Shown: positions 1 through 9,322, numbered from the stretch's first letter. The stretch is DNA of 64,000 nt from Candidatus Levyibacteriota bacterium (GCA_030651475.1 JAUSEW010000029.1:21777-85776), one strand, 5' to 3'. Notes: generated from the letters alone by a model not told the origin. Translations and numbers: made by a program.

Positions 1-8
1 AAATCCCG

Positions 9-224
9 ATGGAAGTATCAGGAGACAGAAGAATGGCTTTGGCTATGCGTTGGATAATCCAAGCCGCAAGATCAAGATCGAGTAAAGATTTTCATTTATT
101 TTCAGAAAAGCTGGCAATTGAATTTATGGATGCGGCCCAGAACCTCGGAGAGGCAATTAAGAAAAGAGACGCAGTTGAAAGAATGGCCCAAGCCAACAAG
201 GCGTTCGCCCATTTTAGGTGGTAA
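9..224 (+). CDS. hypothetical protein
   Basis: 71-aa ORF in six-frame track; no recognisable motif; may start upstream of window. Confidence 0.2.
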   Translation: MEVSGDRRMALAMRWIIQAARSRSSKDFHLFSEKLAIEFMDAAQNLGEAIKKRDAVERMAQANKAFAHFRW

Positions 225-225
225 A

Positions 226-597
226 TTATTTGACCAAAATATGGTCTTCTGGTCTCCATCCGGGTTTTGATAAACAACTTACCCAAGTTTCGTTTCCTTT
301 CGCAGAATGAATTTCGCCTGGCTTTATAATAAATTTATCTCCTTTTTTTAATTTATATTTTCTCTTACCTAGCGTAATAATTAAATCGCCTCGTAGGATT
401 TCATAGAATTCAGTAGCCTTTTTATGATAATGAGGTTTTGAATCGTCAATGATGGCAATAGCAATGCCATCTTCTTCGTTATTTTTCGCCGGTTCAATCT
501 CGCAGATAATTTCTGTGGGATTTTCGGGCGGATTTAGAACGATTGTTTTATTAGGATACTTCTTTTTTAATTCAGAAACAACTTTCCTAACATTCAT
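226..597 (-). CDS. cupin-domain protein
   Basis: 123 aa; cupin-like two-motif pattern (HYHKKATEFYEILRGD ... KPGEIHSAKG) recognised by eye. Confidence 0.45.
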   Translation of the reverse strand: MNVRKVVSELKKKYPNKTIVLNPPENPTEIICEIEPAKNNEEDGIAIAIIDDSKPHYHKKATEFYEILRGDLIITLGKRKYKLKKGDKFIIKPGEIHSAKGNETWVSCLSKPGWRPEDHILVK

Positions 598-721
598 AGG
601 GTATATTTTATCAAAATTAAGAAATCATTGTATGGTTATTCCCAAAATTTTATCTCCGGGTTATTTAATGATTTTTATTCAGCGCTAGTTTAGCTAAGTC
701 AATTTAATTCTGTTTGAAAGA

Positions 722-745
722 CTATAATGATACGTATCATTATAG
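722..745. repeat. 24-bp perfect palindrome CTATAATGATACGTATCATTATAG (18-bp core TAATGATACGTATCATTA), copy 1 of 3
   Basis: read directly from sequence; self-complementary; lies 7 bp beyond the stop of the TrpR-like gene. Confidence 0.95.
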
Positions 746-751
746 TGATGA

Positions 752-1195
752 TTAGAAGGCTTTTCTCTTTACTCTTTTTTGCTTCTCATGTTCTTGTTTT
801 TGATATACCCAATTGCTTCCTTTAGATTTTGGAATTTTTGTCAAAACATCTTCGACTTTTTGCCAGAAATTATCTTGATTCTCCATAGCCAGAATCCTTT
901 CTACGACTTTTTTATATCCTTTGCCTGAATATTTGAGCCGTAAACTTACAGAGGCAATGGTTGATGGTGTAACTCGTAAAATTTCTGCAATCGCAGGATA
1001 ATTATGTCCTTTCGCAAGAAGCACGGCTATAGCAAGTCTTTTACTCAACATTATTTTTTCAACCGGGGATAGAAAATCTTCTAAGAAATCTTCGATATCT
1101 TCATTATTTTTTAAACGAGATATCGTAGATTTGAAAATTTCAAACATTCTTTTCTCTACGTCTTTATGTATTGGATATTTAGAAACTTGTGTCAT
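752..1195 (-). CDS. TrpR-like YerC/YecD-family DNA-binding protein
   Basis: 147 aa; segment FLEDFLSPVEKIMLSKRLAIAVLLAKGHNYPAIAEILRVTPSTIASVSLRLKY resembles Bacillus YerC / Trp-repressor fold by eye. Confidence 0.6.
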   Translation of the reverse strand: MTQVSKYPIHKDVEKRMFEIFKSTISRLKNNEDIEDFLEDFLSPVEKIMLSKRLAIAVLLAKGHNYPAIAEILRVTPSTIASVSLRLKYSGKGYKKVVERILAMENQDNFWQKVEDVLTKIPKSKGSNWVYQKQEHEKQKRVKRKAF

Positions 1196-1221
1196 ACTCT
1201 AATGATACGTATCATTAGAGT
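1196..1221. repeat. 26-bp perfect palindrome ACTCTAATGATACGTATCATTAGAGT abutting the start codon of the TrpR-like gene, copy 2 of 3
   Basis: read directly; identical 18-bp core to copy 1; 25 of its bases identical to the copy at 30104-30128. Confidence 0.95.
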
Positions 1222-1297
1222 GCATGTCAAGAGTAGGATTTAGAGTTAAATTAAAAAATAAAATATTAATGCAGACTAGTCTATAGGAGGTTAAATA

Positions 1298-1903
1298 TTA
1301 TTCAATAGTAATTCCGAGGATTTTGGAGCCGATTTGGAGTTTGTTTACGACGTCCATGCCTTTGGTGATGATTCCAAAATTTGTATACTGACCGTTTAAG
1401 AATTGTGAGTCTTTTTTGGTAATGAAAAATTGAGCATCGTTTTGCACTTTTCCATCGCCTCTGCTGGCAATTCCAAGAGAGCCGACAACAAATGGTTTAT
1501 TATTAAACTCAACCGGCATATTGCCTCCGCCTGTTCCATTGCCAAGCGGATCGCCACCTTGTACTACCCAATCTTCAACCCGATGAAATGTAAGATTATT
1601 GTAGAAACCGCTTTTGGCTTTTTGCACAAAATTATTTACAGTATTCGGCGCATCTTTTGAAAAAAGAGAAAGCGTAATATCTCCTTTACTGGTTTTGATA
1701 ATTGCCGTAGAAGTTGCGGTTGGATTTTCTGCCATAGGTGTTATTATAACAGTTGGCGAAGGAGTTGGTGTGGGATTCTTAGAAGGAATAGCCAAGGTTT
1801 CTTTTTGTGCGGGAGAAGCCTGTTGAGAAGATTTGTTGTTTAAGACGAGAACTGCGAAAAATCCCAAGATAAGAATAAATATAACCAAAATAAATTTATT
1901 CAT
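1298..1903 (-). CDS. peptidyl-prolyl cis-trans isomerase, cyclophilin type, with N-terminal membrane anchor/signal
   Basis: 201 aa; cyclophilin signatures FHRV..WVVQGGDP..GTGGGN and hydrophobic N-terminus. Confidence 0.75.
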   Translation of the reverse strand: MNKFILVIFILILGFFAVLVLNNKSSQQASPAQKETLAIPSKNPTPTPSPTVIITPMAENPTATSTAIIKTSKGDITLSLFSKDAPNTVNNFVQKAKSGFYNNLTFHRVEDWVVQGGDPLGNGTGGGNMPVEFNNKPFVVGSLGIASRGDGKVQNDAQFFITKKDSQFLNGQYTNFGIITKGMDVVNKLQIGSKILGITIE

Positions 1904-1916
1904 GTTGGCTATTATA

Positions 1917-2558
1917 TCAAAAATACATCAAATGTAGCCAATCAAATTCTCCTTCCTTGAGAATTTTTTTAACAGCGCCGATGGTTGTTTTGATTCTTCT
2001 TGCCCGTTGGGGTTCTCCGTCAGAAAATTTAGCTGGTTCTTGAGTAATGGTTGGTTTTGGTAAATTGAGCTCATCCAAATTTTCAAGAAATGCATCCAAA
2101 AAAGCTCCATCTCCAGATAATATATCTGACTTACGACAATGATTCGCAATTCCCCTTGCGCATCCTTCACATAGAATATCCGGTATTCCTTCTACAATTT
2201 CCGCTGGATGATTATCAGGCAAGTTTAGAAATTGTTCATCCGTTTGTCTATTATATTTTTCTACCCTATCAGCATCTTCCGTAGAAAAACCAAATAGCTC
2301 ATGAAAATATTTCAAATTTCTAAATACGTCTAGTGGTTCGATATCAGGGCTATTTCCGATAGCAAGATAGAAATAATTCTCCACTCGGAATCTCGTATAT
2401 CTTGCGTGTTCTGCTGCATATTCAACTGGGTTTTCAGCTCTAATCAGAAATGCAAAATCTTTAAGGTGGTGGCCGCGGATTACGAATGGCTTTGATCCAT
2501 CAACCTCTCCATTCACTCTTCGTACAGGATTAAGTACGTGTGTTTCAAGTTCAGACAT
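1917..2558 (-). CDS. hypothetical protein with CEGCARGIANHC cysteine motif
   Basis: 213-aa ORF; no family recognised. Confidence 0.35.
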   Translation of the reverse strand: MSELETHVLNPVRRVNGEVDGSKPFVIRGHHLKDFAFLIRAENPVEYAAEHARYTRFRVENYFYLAIGNSPDIEPLDVFRNLKYFHELFGFSTEDADRVEKYNRQTDEQFLNLPDNHPAEIVEGIPDILCEGCARGIANHCRKSDILSGDGAFLDAFLENLDELNLPKPTITQEPAKFSDGEPQRARRIKTTIGAVKKILKEGEFDWLHLMYF

Positions 2559-2783
2559 AGTGGGAAAGATTATATCATCCTACTCCTCTAGAATGCAAAA
2601 AGAAAATATGGTATACTAATTTTGCAAATTCTAAACTCTAAGCGCTAAATTCTAAACCAGCCTTCGCCAAAGGCTACGGCCGGCATAGTAATATCAAAAT
2701 CAGAATTACAGGAATTCAAAAGAGTTTCGAGCTTATAATTTTAAAAATTTGAATTTATTTAGGTTTTAGGATTTTTTATTATT

Positions 2784-4895
2784 ATGGCTGAAGATAAAAG
2801 ATATGTTGAATTAGATCACATCAGAAACATTGGCATTATTGCCCATATTGACGCGGGTAAAACCACGACTACCGAGCGTATTTTGTACTATACAGGGAAA
2901 ACCTACAAAATCGGAGATATTGATGAGGGGACAACGGTCATGGATTGGATGGAAGAGGAAAAGAAAAGAGGGATCACGATTGTGTCTGCTGCAACTACTG
3001 CATATTGGGGGGGTTACAGATTTAATATTATTGACACTCCTGGACACGTTGATTTTACAGCCGAAGTAGAAAGGTCGCTTCGGGTTTTGGACGGTGGAAT
3101 CACAGTTCTGGATGCAGAAGAAGGAGTTCAATCTCAATCCGAAACTGTCTGGAGACAAGCAGATAAATACAAAGTTCCAAGACTTTGTTTTATTAACAAG
3201 ATGGATAAGGTTGGAGCTGATTTTTTGGCAACTGTCAAAAGCATTGAGGACAGACTCGGAGCAAATACGGCAATTATGGTTTTGCCAATCGGAGCCGAAG
3301 CAACCTTTAAGGGAGTTTATGATTTACTGACCAGAAAATCCGTTATCTGGACAGGAGAAGAATTAGGCGCAAAGTTTGAAATTACTTCGGAAATCCCGGA
3401 AGGAATGGGACAGGAGATTGAAAAATACAGAGCCAAGTTGGTTGAGAAAATTGCAGAAACAGATGATGTGCTGGTCGAAAAATATCTTGCAAATCAAGAG
3501 ATTGGGGTTGAGGAATTAAAGAAAGCCTTAAGGCGGGCAGTTATTGCTTATAAATTAGTTCCGATTTTCGCCGGATCATCCTTGAGGAACAAAGGAGTGC
3601 AGCTTCTTCTGGATGGAGTTGTTGATTATCTTCCATCTCCTGTTGATCTAGATCAAGTGAAAGGAATAAATCCAAAAACAGGGGAAGAAGAAATAAGAAA
3701 ATTAGTTCCCGAAGAGTCAATTGCGGGTTTGGCTTTCAAAATTCAGAATGATCCTCACGTTGGAAAACTTACCTATTTTAGGATTTATTCAGGTAAAGTT
3801 GCGGCCGGAACTTATATTTATAACAGCACTAAAAATATTCAAGAAAGGGTTGGGCGGCTGCTTCTGATGCACTCCAATGAAAGAACGGAAATAAAAGAAG
3901 CGTTTGCCGGAGAAATTATTGCAATCGTCGGACTTAAAGACACGACCACAGGAGATACGCTTTGTGATCCGGAAAAACCAATTATTTTAGAAAAAATTAC
4001 CTTCCCGGAGCCGGTTATATCCCTAGCAATTGAGCCAAAAACGAAATCAGATCAGGAGAAATTGGGATACGCTTTAAAACGTTTGATGGATGAAGATCCG
4101 ACATTTCAGGTTAAGACCAATCATGAAACAGGACAGACAATTATTTCAGGAGTTGGAGAGCTGCAGCTTGAGGTTAAAGTAAATACCATGAAGGCTGATT
4201 TCGGAGTTGAGGCCAATGTCGGAGACCCACAAGTGGCCTACAAAGAAACTATTAGCAGGGAAGCGGAAGGTGAAGGAAAATACATCAAGCAATCCGGAGG
4301 AAAAGGACAATACGGACATTGTCTGTTGAGAGTTACGCCTAAGCCTCGCGGAGAAGGTTTTGAATTTGTTAATGGTGTCAAGGGAGGAGCAATTCCGGCA
4401 ATATTTATATCCTCGATTGAAAAAGGAGTTAAGGAAACAATGGAAAACGGAATTTTGTTGGGTTACCCGATGGTAGATATGACGGTTACGGTTTATGACG
4501 GGTCCTATCATGAAGTTGATTCTTCAGATATTGCCTTTAAGATCGCAGCTTCCCAAGCCTTGCAGGCAGCAACCAAAAAAGCAGGCCTGACACTTTTGGA
4601 ACCAATCATGAAAGTTGAAGTAACAACCCCAAATGAATTTATGGGAGATGTGATTGGAGATTTGTCTTCCAAAAGAGCGCAGATTTCAGGGACAGAAGAG
4701 AGAAGCAGAGCAACGATTATTTTGGCAATGGTGCCTTTGTCAGGGCTTCCTGGTTATGCAACTGCGCTTCGCTCTATGTCTCAAGGCAGAGCGTCTTATT
4801 ATATGGAACCTTCACATTATGAGGAAGTGCCCAAAAATATTCAAGAAGAAATGTTGGCCAAATCTACATTTACAGGAAGGGTTAATGCACAGTAA
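2784..4895 (+). CDS. fusA: translation elongation factor G
   Basis: 703 aa; AHIDAGKTTTTERIL, DTPGHVDF, NKMD GTPase motifs and EF-G domain order. Confidence 0.97.
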   Translation: MAEDKRYVELDHIRNIGIIAHIDAGKTTTTERILYYTGKTYKIGDIDEGTTVMDWMEEEKKRGITIVSAATTAYWGGYRFNIIDTPGHVDFTAEVERSLRVLDGGITVLDAEEGVQSQSETVWRQADKYKVPRLCFINKMDKVGADFLATVKSIEDRLGANTAIMVLPIGAEATFKGVYDLLTRKSVIWTGEELGAKFEITSEIPEGMGQEIEKYRAKLVEKIAETDDVLVEKYLANQEIGVEELKKALRRAVIAYKLVPIFAGSSLRNKGVQLLLDGVVDYLPSPVDLDQVKGINPKTGEEEIRKLVPEESIAGLAFKIQNDPHVGKLTYFRIYSGKVAAGTYIYNSTKNIQERVGRLLLMHSNERTEIKEAFAGEIIAIVGLKDTTTGDTLCDPEKPIILEKITFPEPVISLAIEPKTKSDQEKLGYALKRLMDEDPTFQVKTNHETGQTIISGVGELQLEVKVNTMKADFGVEANVGDPQVAYKETISREAEGEGKYIKQSGGKGQYGHCLLRVTPKPRGEGFEFVNGVKGGAIPAIFISSIEKGVKETMENGILLGYPMVDMTVTVYDGSYHEVDSSDIAFKIAASQALQAATKKAGLTLLEPIMKVEVTTPNEFMGDVIGDLSSKRAQISGTEERSRATIILAMVPLSGLPGYATALRSMSQGRASYYMEPSHYEEVPKNIQEEMLAKSTFTGRVNAQ

Positions 4896-4910
4896 ATAGT
4901 AAATAGGGTA

Positions 4911-4939
4911 TTGACTAGAAGGAAAAAATATTGTATATT
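4911..4939 (+). promoter_or_regulatory. sigma70-like promoter for tuf (TTGACT-17 bp-TATATT)
   Basis: hexamers and 17-bp spacer read directly, about 44 bp upstream of tuf ATG. Confidence 0.5.
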
Positions 4940-4982
4940 TATCAGTGACCTTCCAAAAGGTTAATTTTTTTTGTAAAATTTT

Positions 4983-6170
4983 ATGGCAGAAGCAACTAAA
5001 TATCAAAGAACCAAACCGCATGTTAATATAGGAACCATTGGTCATGTTGACCACGGTAAGACCACTCTTACTGCGGCTATTGCAACAGTTTTGTCTAAAA
5101 AAGGAATGGCGCAGGCCAAAAAGTACGAAGACATAGATAATGCTCCGGAAGAAAAAGCAAGAGGCGTTACCATAAATCTTACTCATATTGAATATGAGAC
5201 AGAAAAACGTCATTATGCTCATATCGATGCTCCTGGACATGCAGATTACATAAAAAATATGATTACAGGCGCCGCTCAAATGGATGGCGCTATTTTGGTT
5301 GTTTCAGCACCGGACGGGCCAATGCCTCAAACAAGAGAGCATATTCTTTTGGCACGACAAGTCGGAGTTCCTGCAATTGTAGTATTTCTTAACAAAGTAG
5401 ATATGGTACAGGATCAGGAATTATTAGACTTGGTAGAAATGGAAGTCAGAGAACTTTTGACTAAGTACCAATATCCGGGAAAAGACACTCCTATTATAAG
5501 AGGTTCGGCTCTTAAAGCTTTGGAGGGAGATCCGGAAGCGGAAAAACAAATAATGGCCCTAATGGATGCAGTTGATACATTTATACCTACTCCAAAAAGA
5601 GATACGGATAAGCCATTCTTGATGCCGGTTGAGGATGTTTTCTCTATTAAAGGCAGAGGAACAGTTGTAACAGGCAGAATTGAAAGAGGAATTGTCAAAA
5701 TTAACGATGCGGTAGAGATAGTCGGACTTAAAGAAACAAAACCAACTATAGTAACAGGTGTTGAAATGTTCAAAAAGCAATTGGATGAGGGTCAGGCAGG
5801 AGATAATGTCGGAGTTTTGCTTCGAGGAATTGAAAAAACAGATGTGGAAAGAGGACAAGTTGTTGCCAAACCGGGAAGTATAACACCCCATAAAGAGTTT
5901 GAGGCGGAGGGATATATTCTTACCAAAGAAGAAGGCGGACGCCATACACCATTCTTTACAGGATACAGGCCTCAATTTTACATTAGAACAACCGATGTGA
6001 CTGCGGAAGTTACTCTTCCAAAAGGTGTAGAAATGGTAATGCCTGGAGACAATACCAAAATGACAGTTAAGCTTATTGCTCCGGTAGCTTTGGAAGAAGG
6101 GCTTAGATTTGCCATCCGCGAAGGCGGAAAAACAGTCGGAGCCGGCGTTATCTCCAAAATAATCGCTTAA
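4983..6170 (+). CDS. tuf: translation elongation factor Tu
   Basis: 395 aa; [25 protein letters not shown] motifs. Confidence 0.98.
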   Translation: MAEATKYQRTKPHVNIGTIGHVDHGKTTLTAAIATVLSKKGMAQAKKYEDIDNAPEEKARGVTINLTHIEYETEKRHYAHIDAPGHADYIKNMITGAAQMDGAILVVSAPDGPMPQTREHILLARQVGVPAIVVFLNKVDMVQDQELLDLVEMEVRELLTKYQYPGKDTPIIRGSALKALEGDPEAEKQIMALMDAVDTFIPTPKRDTDKPFLMPVEDVFSIKGRGTVVTGRIERGIVKINDAVEIVGLKETKPTIVTGVEMFKKQLDEGQAGDNVGVLLRGIEKTDVERGQVVAKPGSITPHKEFEAEGYILTKEEGGRHTPFFTGYRPQFYIRTTDVTAEVTLPKGVEMVMPGDNTKMTVKLIAPVALEEGLRFAIREGGKTVGAGVISKIIA

Positions 6171-6215
6171 GTTTTTAGATTTTAATTTTTTAATCCTCTG
6201 CCCTACAAAAATTAT

Positions 6216-6476
6216 ATGGCTCCAGAAATAGAAATATCACGAGACCAGGAAATTAAGGTATGTCAGTGGATTAAAGCAAAAGGTACGGAAGAATGGCTTT
6301 ATACAGCTGAAAACGACGAAATTGCTATGGCTTCCATCGTAGACAAAGAACCATTAATAATATTTCCGCATTATGCAAATGAAGCAAAGCCCATGCTATA
6401 TTGTAGCGAAAAACTTGCATCCGAACTTGCAAAAGATGGAATCATAACCCTTCCAAAACCTCAACAGAAGAAATAG
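6216..6476 (+). CDS. hypothetical small protein inserted between tuf and rpsJ
   Basis: 86-aa ORF, no recognisable motif. Confidence 0.3.
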   Translation: MAPEIEISRDQEIKVCQWIKAKGTEEWLYTAENDEIAMASIVDKEPLIIFPHYANEAKPMLYCSEKLASELAKDGIITLPKPQQKK

Positions 6477-6539
6477 AAATGCCCCAAATTTTTATTTTTT
6501 ATTTTTGAGTTTTGATATTTGATTTAATGTAAGTGCTCC

Positions 6540-6568
6540 TTGAATAATATTTTCTTATATAGTAAAAT
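6540..6568 (+). promoter_or_regulatory. sigma70-like promoter for rpsJ (TTGAAT-17 bp-TAAAAT), -10 ends 6 nt before the ATG
   Basis: read directly; no room for a Shine-Dalgarno leader. Confidence 0.45.
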
Positions 6569-6574
6569 AGCTGA

Positions 6575-6883
6575 ATGCCTAAAGGAAGAATACGCGTTCG
6601 TTTAAAAAGTTACGATGCAAGAGTGATAGATCTTTGCTGCCAGCAAATCCTAGATACTGCAATTAGGACTGGAGCAAAGGTTGTAGGTCCTATTCCTCTA
6701 CCTACCAAGAGAACTGTTTACGCAGTTAACAAATCTCCATTTATAGATAAAGACGCACGAGACCATTTCGAAATGAGAGTGCATAAAAGATTAATAGATA
6801 TAGTTTCCCCGACAGATAAAACAATTGATAGTCTTACTCATCTCGAACTCCCCGCAGGCGTCAACGTGGAAATAAAAATGTAA
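6575..6883 (+). CDS. rpsJ: 30S ribosomal protein S10
   Basis: 102 aa; IRVRLKSYD..LD........GA.V.GP.PLPT consensus. Confidence 0.95.
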   Translation: MPKGRIRVRLKSYDARVIDLCCQQILDTAIRTGAKVVGPIPLPTKRTVYAVNKSPFIDKDARDHFEMRVHKRLIDIVSPTDKTIDSLTHLELPAGVNVEIKM

Positions 6884-7066
6884 GTTGTTTCTTCGCGCTC
6901 CACCTAAAAATACTCCGTTTGCTAATCGGGGGATGCGATTCCCCCTCCCATCATACGCTTTGTTTCAAATGCGAACAAACAGAATGAAAGAGGGAATTAG
7001 GTAATTCCGCAGGTGTAGCTACAAAAACACCCCAAGGGTGTAAGATGTTGGTTTGCCAAAAGTAGG

Positions 7067-7510
7067 TTAGGGTTTCGTTCCCGTGTCTTTCGAGCTAAAG
7101 CCTAAGTGGCTTTTTAGCGCATTAAGCATGATTTGTTTTGCTTGTTCAATTAGCCCATCTTTCGTTTTATCATCCAGGACTTTATTCTTAAAGCGGAAAA
7201 TCATGTAGGGTTGATCTCCGTAAGCTACAAAATAGTCGTTGATTACGTCTTCTGGTATTTCTAATCCAATAAGTTGTGCTAAAGTTGCTTTTCTTACTTC
7301 CAAATCTCTTTGGTAAAGAGGTCTGAACATTGGCAGGAGAAATTGTTCCTCATCGCAATTGAATCTCCTTTTCCTGAACTCTTTTATTAATTCTTCCGAA
7401 GACGAAACCGCTCTGAGTATAACAACGTTATCTGCAATGTTTTTTTCTGGAATTCCTAATGCCAAAAGCTTTTCTTCCGAGCTTTGTCCATTAATTCTAG
7501 CTTCAGCCAT
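7067..7510 (-). CDS. hypothetical protein on opposite strand between rpsJ and rplC
   Basis: 147-aa ORF; no family recognised. Confidence 0.4.
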   Translation of the reverse strand: MAEARINGQSSEEKLLALGIPEKNIADNVVILRAVSSSEELIKEFRKRRFNCDEEQFLLPMFRPLYQRDLEVRKATLAQLIGLEIPEDVINDYFVAYGDQPYMIFRFKNKVLDDKTKDGLIEQAKQIMLNALKSHLGFSSKDTGTKP

Positions 7511-7635
7511 ATCGACGAATTATAACTTCCTGTTATTGTAAAAGCAAATTTAAACTTATTCTAGCCTCGGGAGAATGGTAGCAGAATAATTTTAAAAATA
7601 TGCTGAAATAAATTCAGAATGACAATTGGAAGCTA

Positions 7636-7664
7636 TTGCATTTATCCCCGTCTTCTTATATAAT
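7636..7664 (+). promoter_or_regulatory. sigma70-like promoter for rplC (TTGCAT-17 bp-TATAAT)
   Basis: read directly. Confidence 0.5.
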
Positions 7665-7744
7665 TACCTTTGAAAGTCATGTTTAACCGACTGGAGGTAA
7701 ATAAGGCTGCATAAATAGAAAGTTTTTGGGATTTTTTCCCTGAA

Positions 7745-7768
7745 GCGACTGTGTGCAGTCGCTTTTTT
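7745..7768 (+). terminator. intrinsic-terminator-like hairpin (GCGACTG-tgtg-CAGTCGC + TTTTTT) in the rplC leader, candidate attenuator
   Basis: perfect 7-bp stem, 4-nt loop, 6-T tract, 14 nt before the rplC ATG. Confidence 0.5.
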
Positions 7769-7781
7769 GGTTTTTGAGATT

Positions 7782-8552
7782 ATGAATGCAATATACGGTA
7801 CGAAAATAAAACAAGCGCAAATGTTCCTGCAAAACGGAACGCGTATCCCTGTTACTCAAATAAAGGTGGACGGTAATGTCGTAGCTGGAATAAAAACAAA
7901 AGACAAAGACTTATACGATGCTTTGCAAATAGGTGTTGGAGTAAGAAAAAGAGCAAATAAATCATTCCTTGGATTTGCAAAAAAAGCAAGTTTAACATTT
8001 ATTCCTAAGTTTTTACGCGAGATAAAGGTTGCGGATGGAGAAAGTCTGCCAAAATTAGGAGATGTTATAAAACCACAAGATGTATTTAAGCCCGGAGATA
8101 TTGTGGATGCCATTGGTATATCCAAGGGTAAAGGTTTTGCCGGAGTTGTTAAAAGGCACCATTTTAAAGGCGGACCCAGAACTCACGGACAATCAGATAG
8201 AGAAAGAGCCCCAGGATCAATTGGACAAACCACAACACCGGGAAGAGTTTATAAAGGAAAAAGAATGGCAGGCCATATGGGCTCGGAAAAAGTTACCATA
8301 AAAAATCTAGAAATCGTCGCAGTAGACGATATTTTTTTGTACGTCAAAGGTTTGGTTCCCGGTAGCGTTAACAGTCTTTTGAAAATAGAAAAAGTTGGAG
8401 AAAGCAAAAAGTTTGTTCCTCTGTATAAAGAGTCCTCCTCCGCTGAAGCTTCGGCGGGCAAGGAAGAGAAGATAGAAGTCGTAAAAGAGCCAAAAGCTGA
8501 AGCTAAGAAGGAAGATAATCAAACTAAGGAGGTAAAAGAAAATGCCAGTTAA
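7782..8552 (+). CDS. rplC: 50S ribosomal protein L3 with Lys/Glu-rich C-terminal extension
   Basis: L3 consensus (GTKIGMTQ-like MNAIYGTKIKQAQMF, KGKGFAGVVKRHHF); ATG at 7782 preferred over TTG at 7767 in ORF track. Confidence 0.9.
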   Translation: MNAIYGTKIKQAQMFLQNGTRIPVTQIKVDGNVVAGIKTKDKDLYDALQIGVGVRKRANKSFLGFAKKASLTFIPKFLREIKVADGESLPKLGDVIKPQDVFKPGDIVDAIGISKGKGFAGVVKRHHFKGGPRTHGQSDRERAPGSIGQTTTPGRVYKGKRMAGHMGSEKVTIKNLEIVAVDDIFLYVKGLVPGSVNSLLKIEKVGESKKFVPLYKESSSAEASAGKEEKIEVVKEPKAEAKKEDNQTKEVKENAS

Positions 8553-9321
8553 AAAAAACGCAAAACGCACCCATTCGACAGGCTCAGGGCAAAACGCAAA
8601 AAAAGTAATTAAAAAGACTGCAGTTAAAAAGCCTGTTATTAAAAAGGTTGTTGCTAAAAAACCAAAGAGCACTTTATCTTTGGAAGTTTTTGATACGAAA
8701 GGAAAATTATCCGAAACCATTTCACTGCCAAAAGAGATATTCGGAGTAGAAGTTAACGATAAACTTCTTGCCCAAGCTGTCAGAGTTTATTTAGCCAATC
8801 AAAGAGAGGGATCTGCGAGGACAAAAACACGAAGTACTGTTCACGGCACAACTAAAAAGGTTTGGCAGCAAAAAGGCACGGGAAGAGCCAGGCATGGTTC
8901 CAGAAAGGCGCCTATTTTTGTTCATGGAGGAATTGCTTGGGGACCAAGACCAAGAGATTTTTCGCTTTCTCTTTCTAAGAAAATGAGGAAAGCGGCATTA
9001 TTTTCGGCTTTATCTCTAAAACAAAAATCCAATGAAATTAAAGGCATAAAAGGTTTAGAAAAACTGACACCAAAAACGAAATTAATAGTAGAGGTTTTGA
9101 ATAATTTGGGAGTAAATAAAGACAATAAAAAAATACTTTTGATAACGCCAAAGGGAAAAGAATTTGAAAACGTTTATCGAGCGGCAAGAAATATTCAAGG
9201 AGTGAGCCTTTTGCCGGCTGACATAATTAATGCATATCAAGTTATGGATAATAAACTGATTTTGCTTATGGATAAATCTCTGGATGTTATCACAAGCAAT
9301 TTTCTAAAGGAGAAAGCATAA
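8542..9321 (+). CDS. rplD: 50S ribosomal protein L4 with Lys-rich N-terminal extension
   Basis: 259 aa; L4 core (VHGTTKKVWQQKGTGRARHGS). Confidence 0.9.
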   Translation: MPVKKNAKRTHSTGSGQNAKKVIKKTAVKKPVIKKVVAKKPKSTLSLEVFDTKGKLSETISLPKEIFGVEVNDKLLAQAVRVYLANQREGSARTKTRSTVHGTTKKVWQQKGTGRARHGSRKAPIFVHGGIAWGPRPRDFSLSLSKKMRKAALFSALSLKQKSNEIKGIKGLEKLTPKTKLIVEVLNNLGVNKDNKKILLITPKGKEFENVYRAARNIQGVSLLPADIINAYQVMDNKLILLMDKSLDVITSNFLKEKA

Positions 9322-9322
9322 T

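Noticed and set aside
1917-2558. Possible foreign origin of the 213-aa hypothetical (1917..2558) on compositional grounds
   Set aside because: GC content by eye is not clearly different from its neighbours. No mobile-element genes are adjacent.
2811-3158. Antisense ORFs overlapping fusA, tuf and the ribosomal protein genes (e.g. 2811..3158-, 4146..4511-, 5559..5975-, 8307..8720-, 15274..15741-, 20378..20821-, 22497..23003-)
   Set aside because: They lie entirely within strongly supported conserved genes on the opposite strand and have low-complexity translations. Treated as spurious.
6884-7066. Structured 183-bp spacer after rpsJ as a tRNA or group I/II intron remnant
   Set aside because: Only isolated hairpins were found. 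There are no conserved intron or tRNA motifs, so they are most simply convergent terminators.
7767-7781. ORF-track start of rplC at TTG 7767 (and of rplB at TTG 9600, adk at GTG 17531, rpsM at 19927)
   Set aside because: Downstream ATG codons (7782, 9621, 17549, 19963) give N-termini matching family consensus and avoid overlap with terminators or upstream stops.
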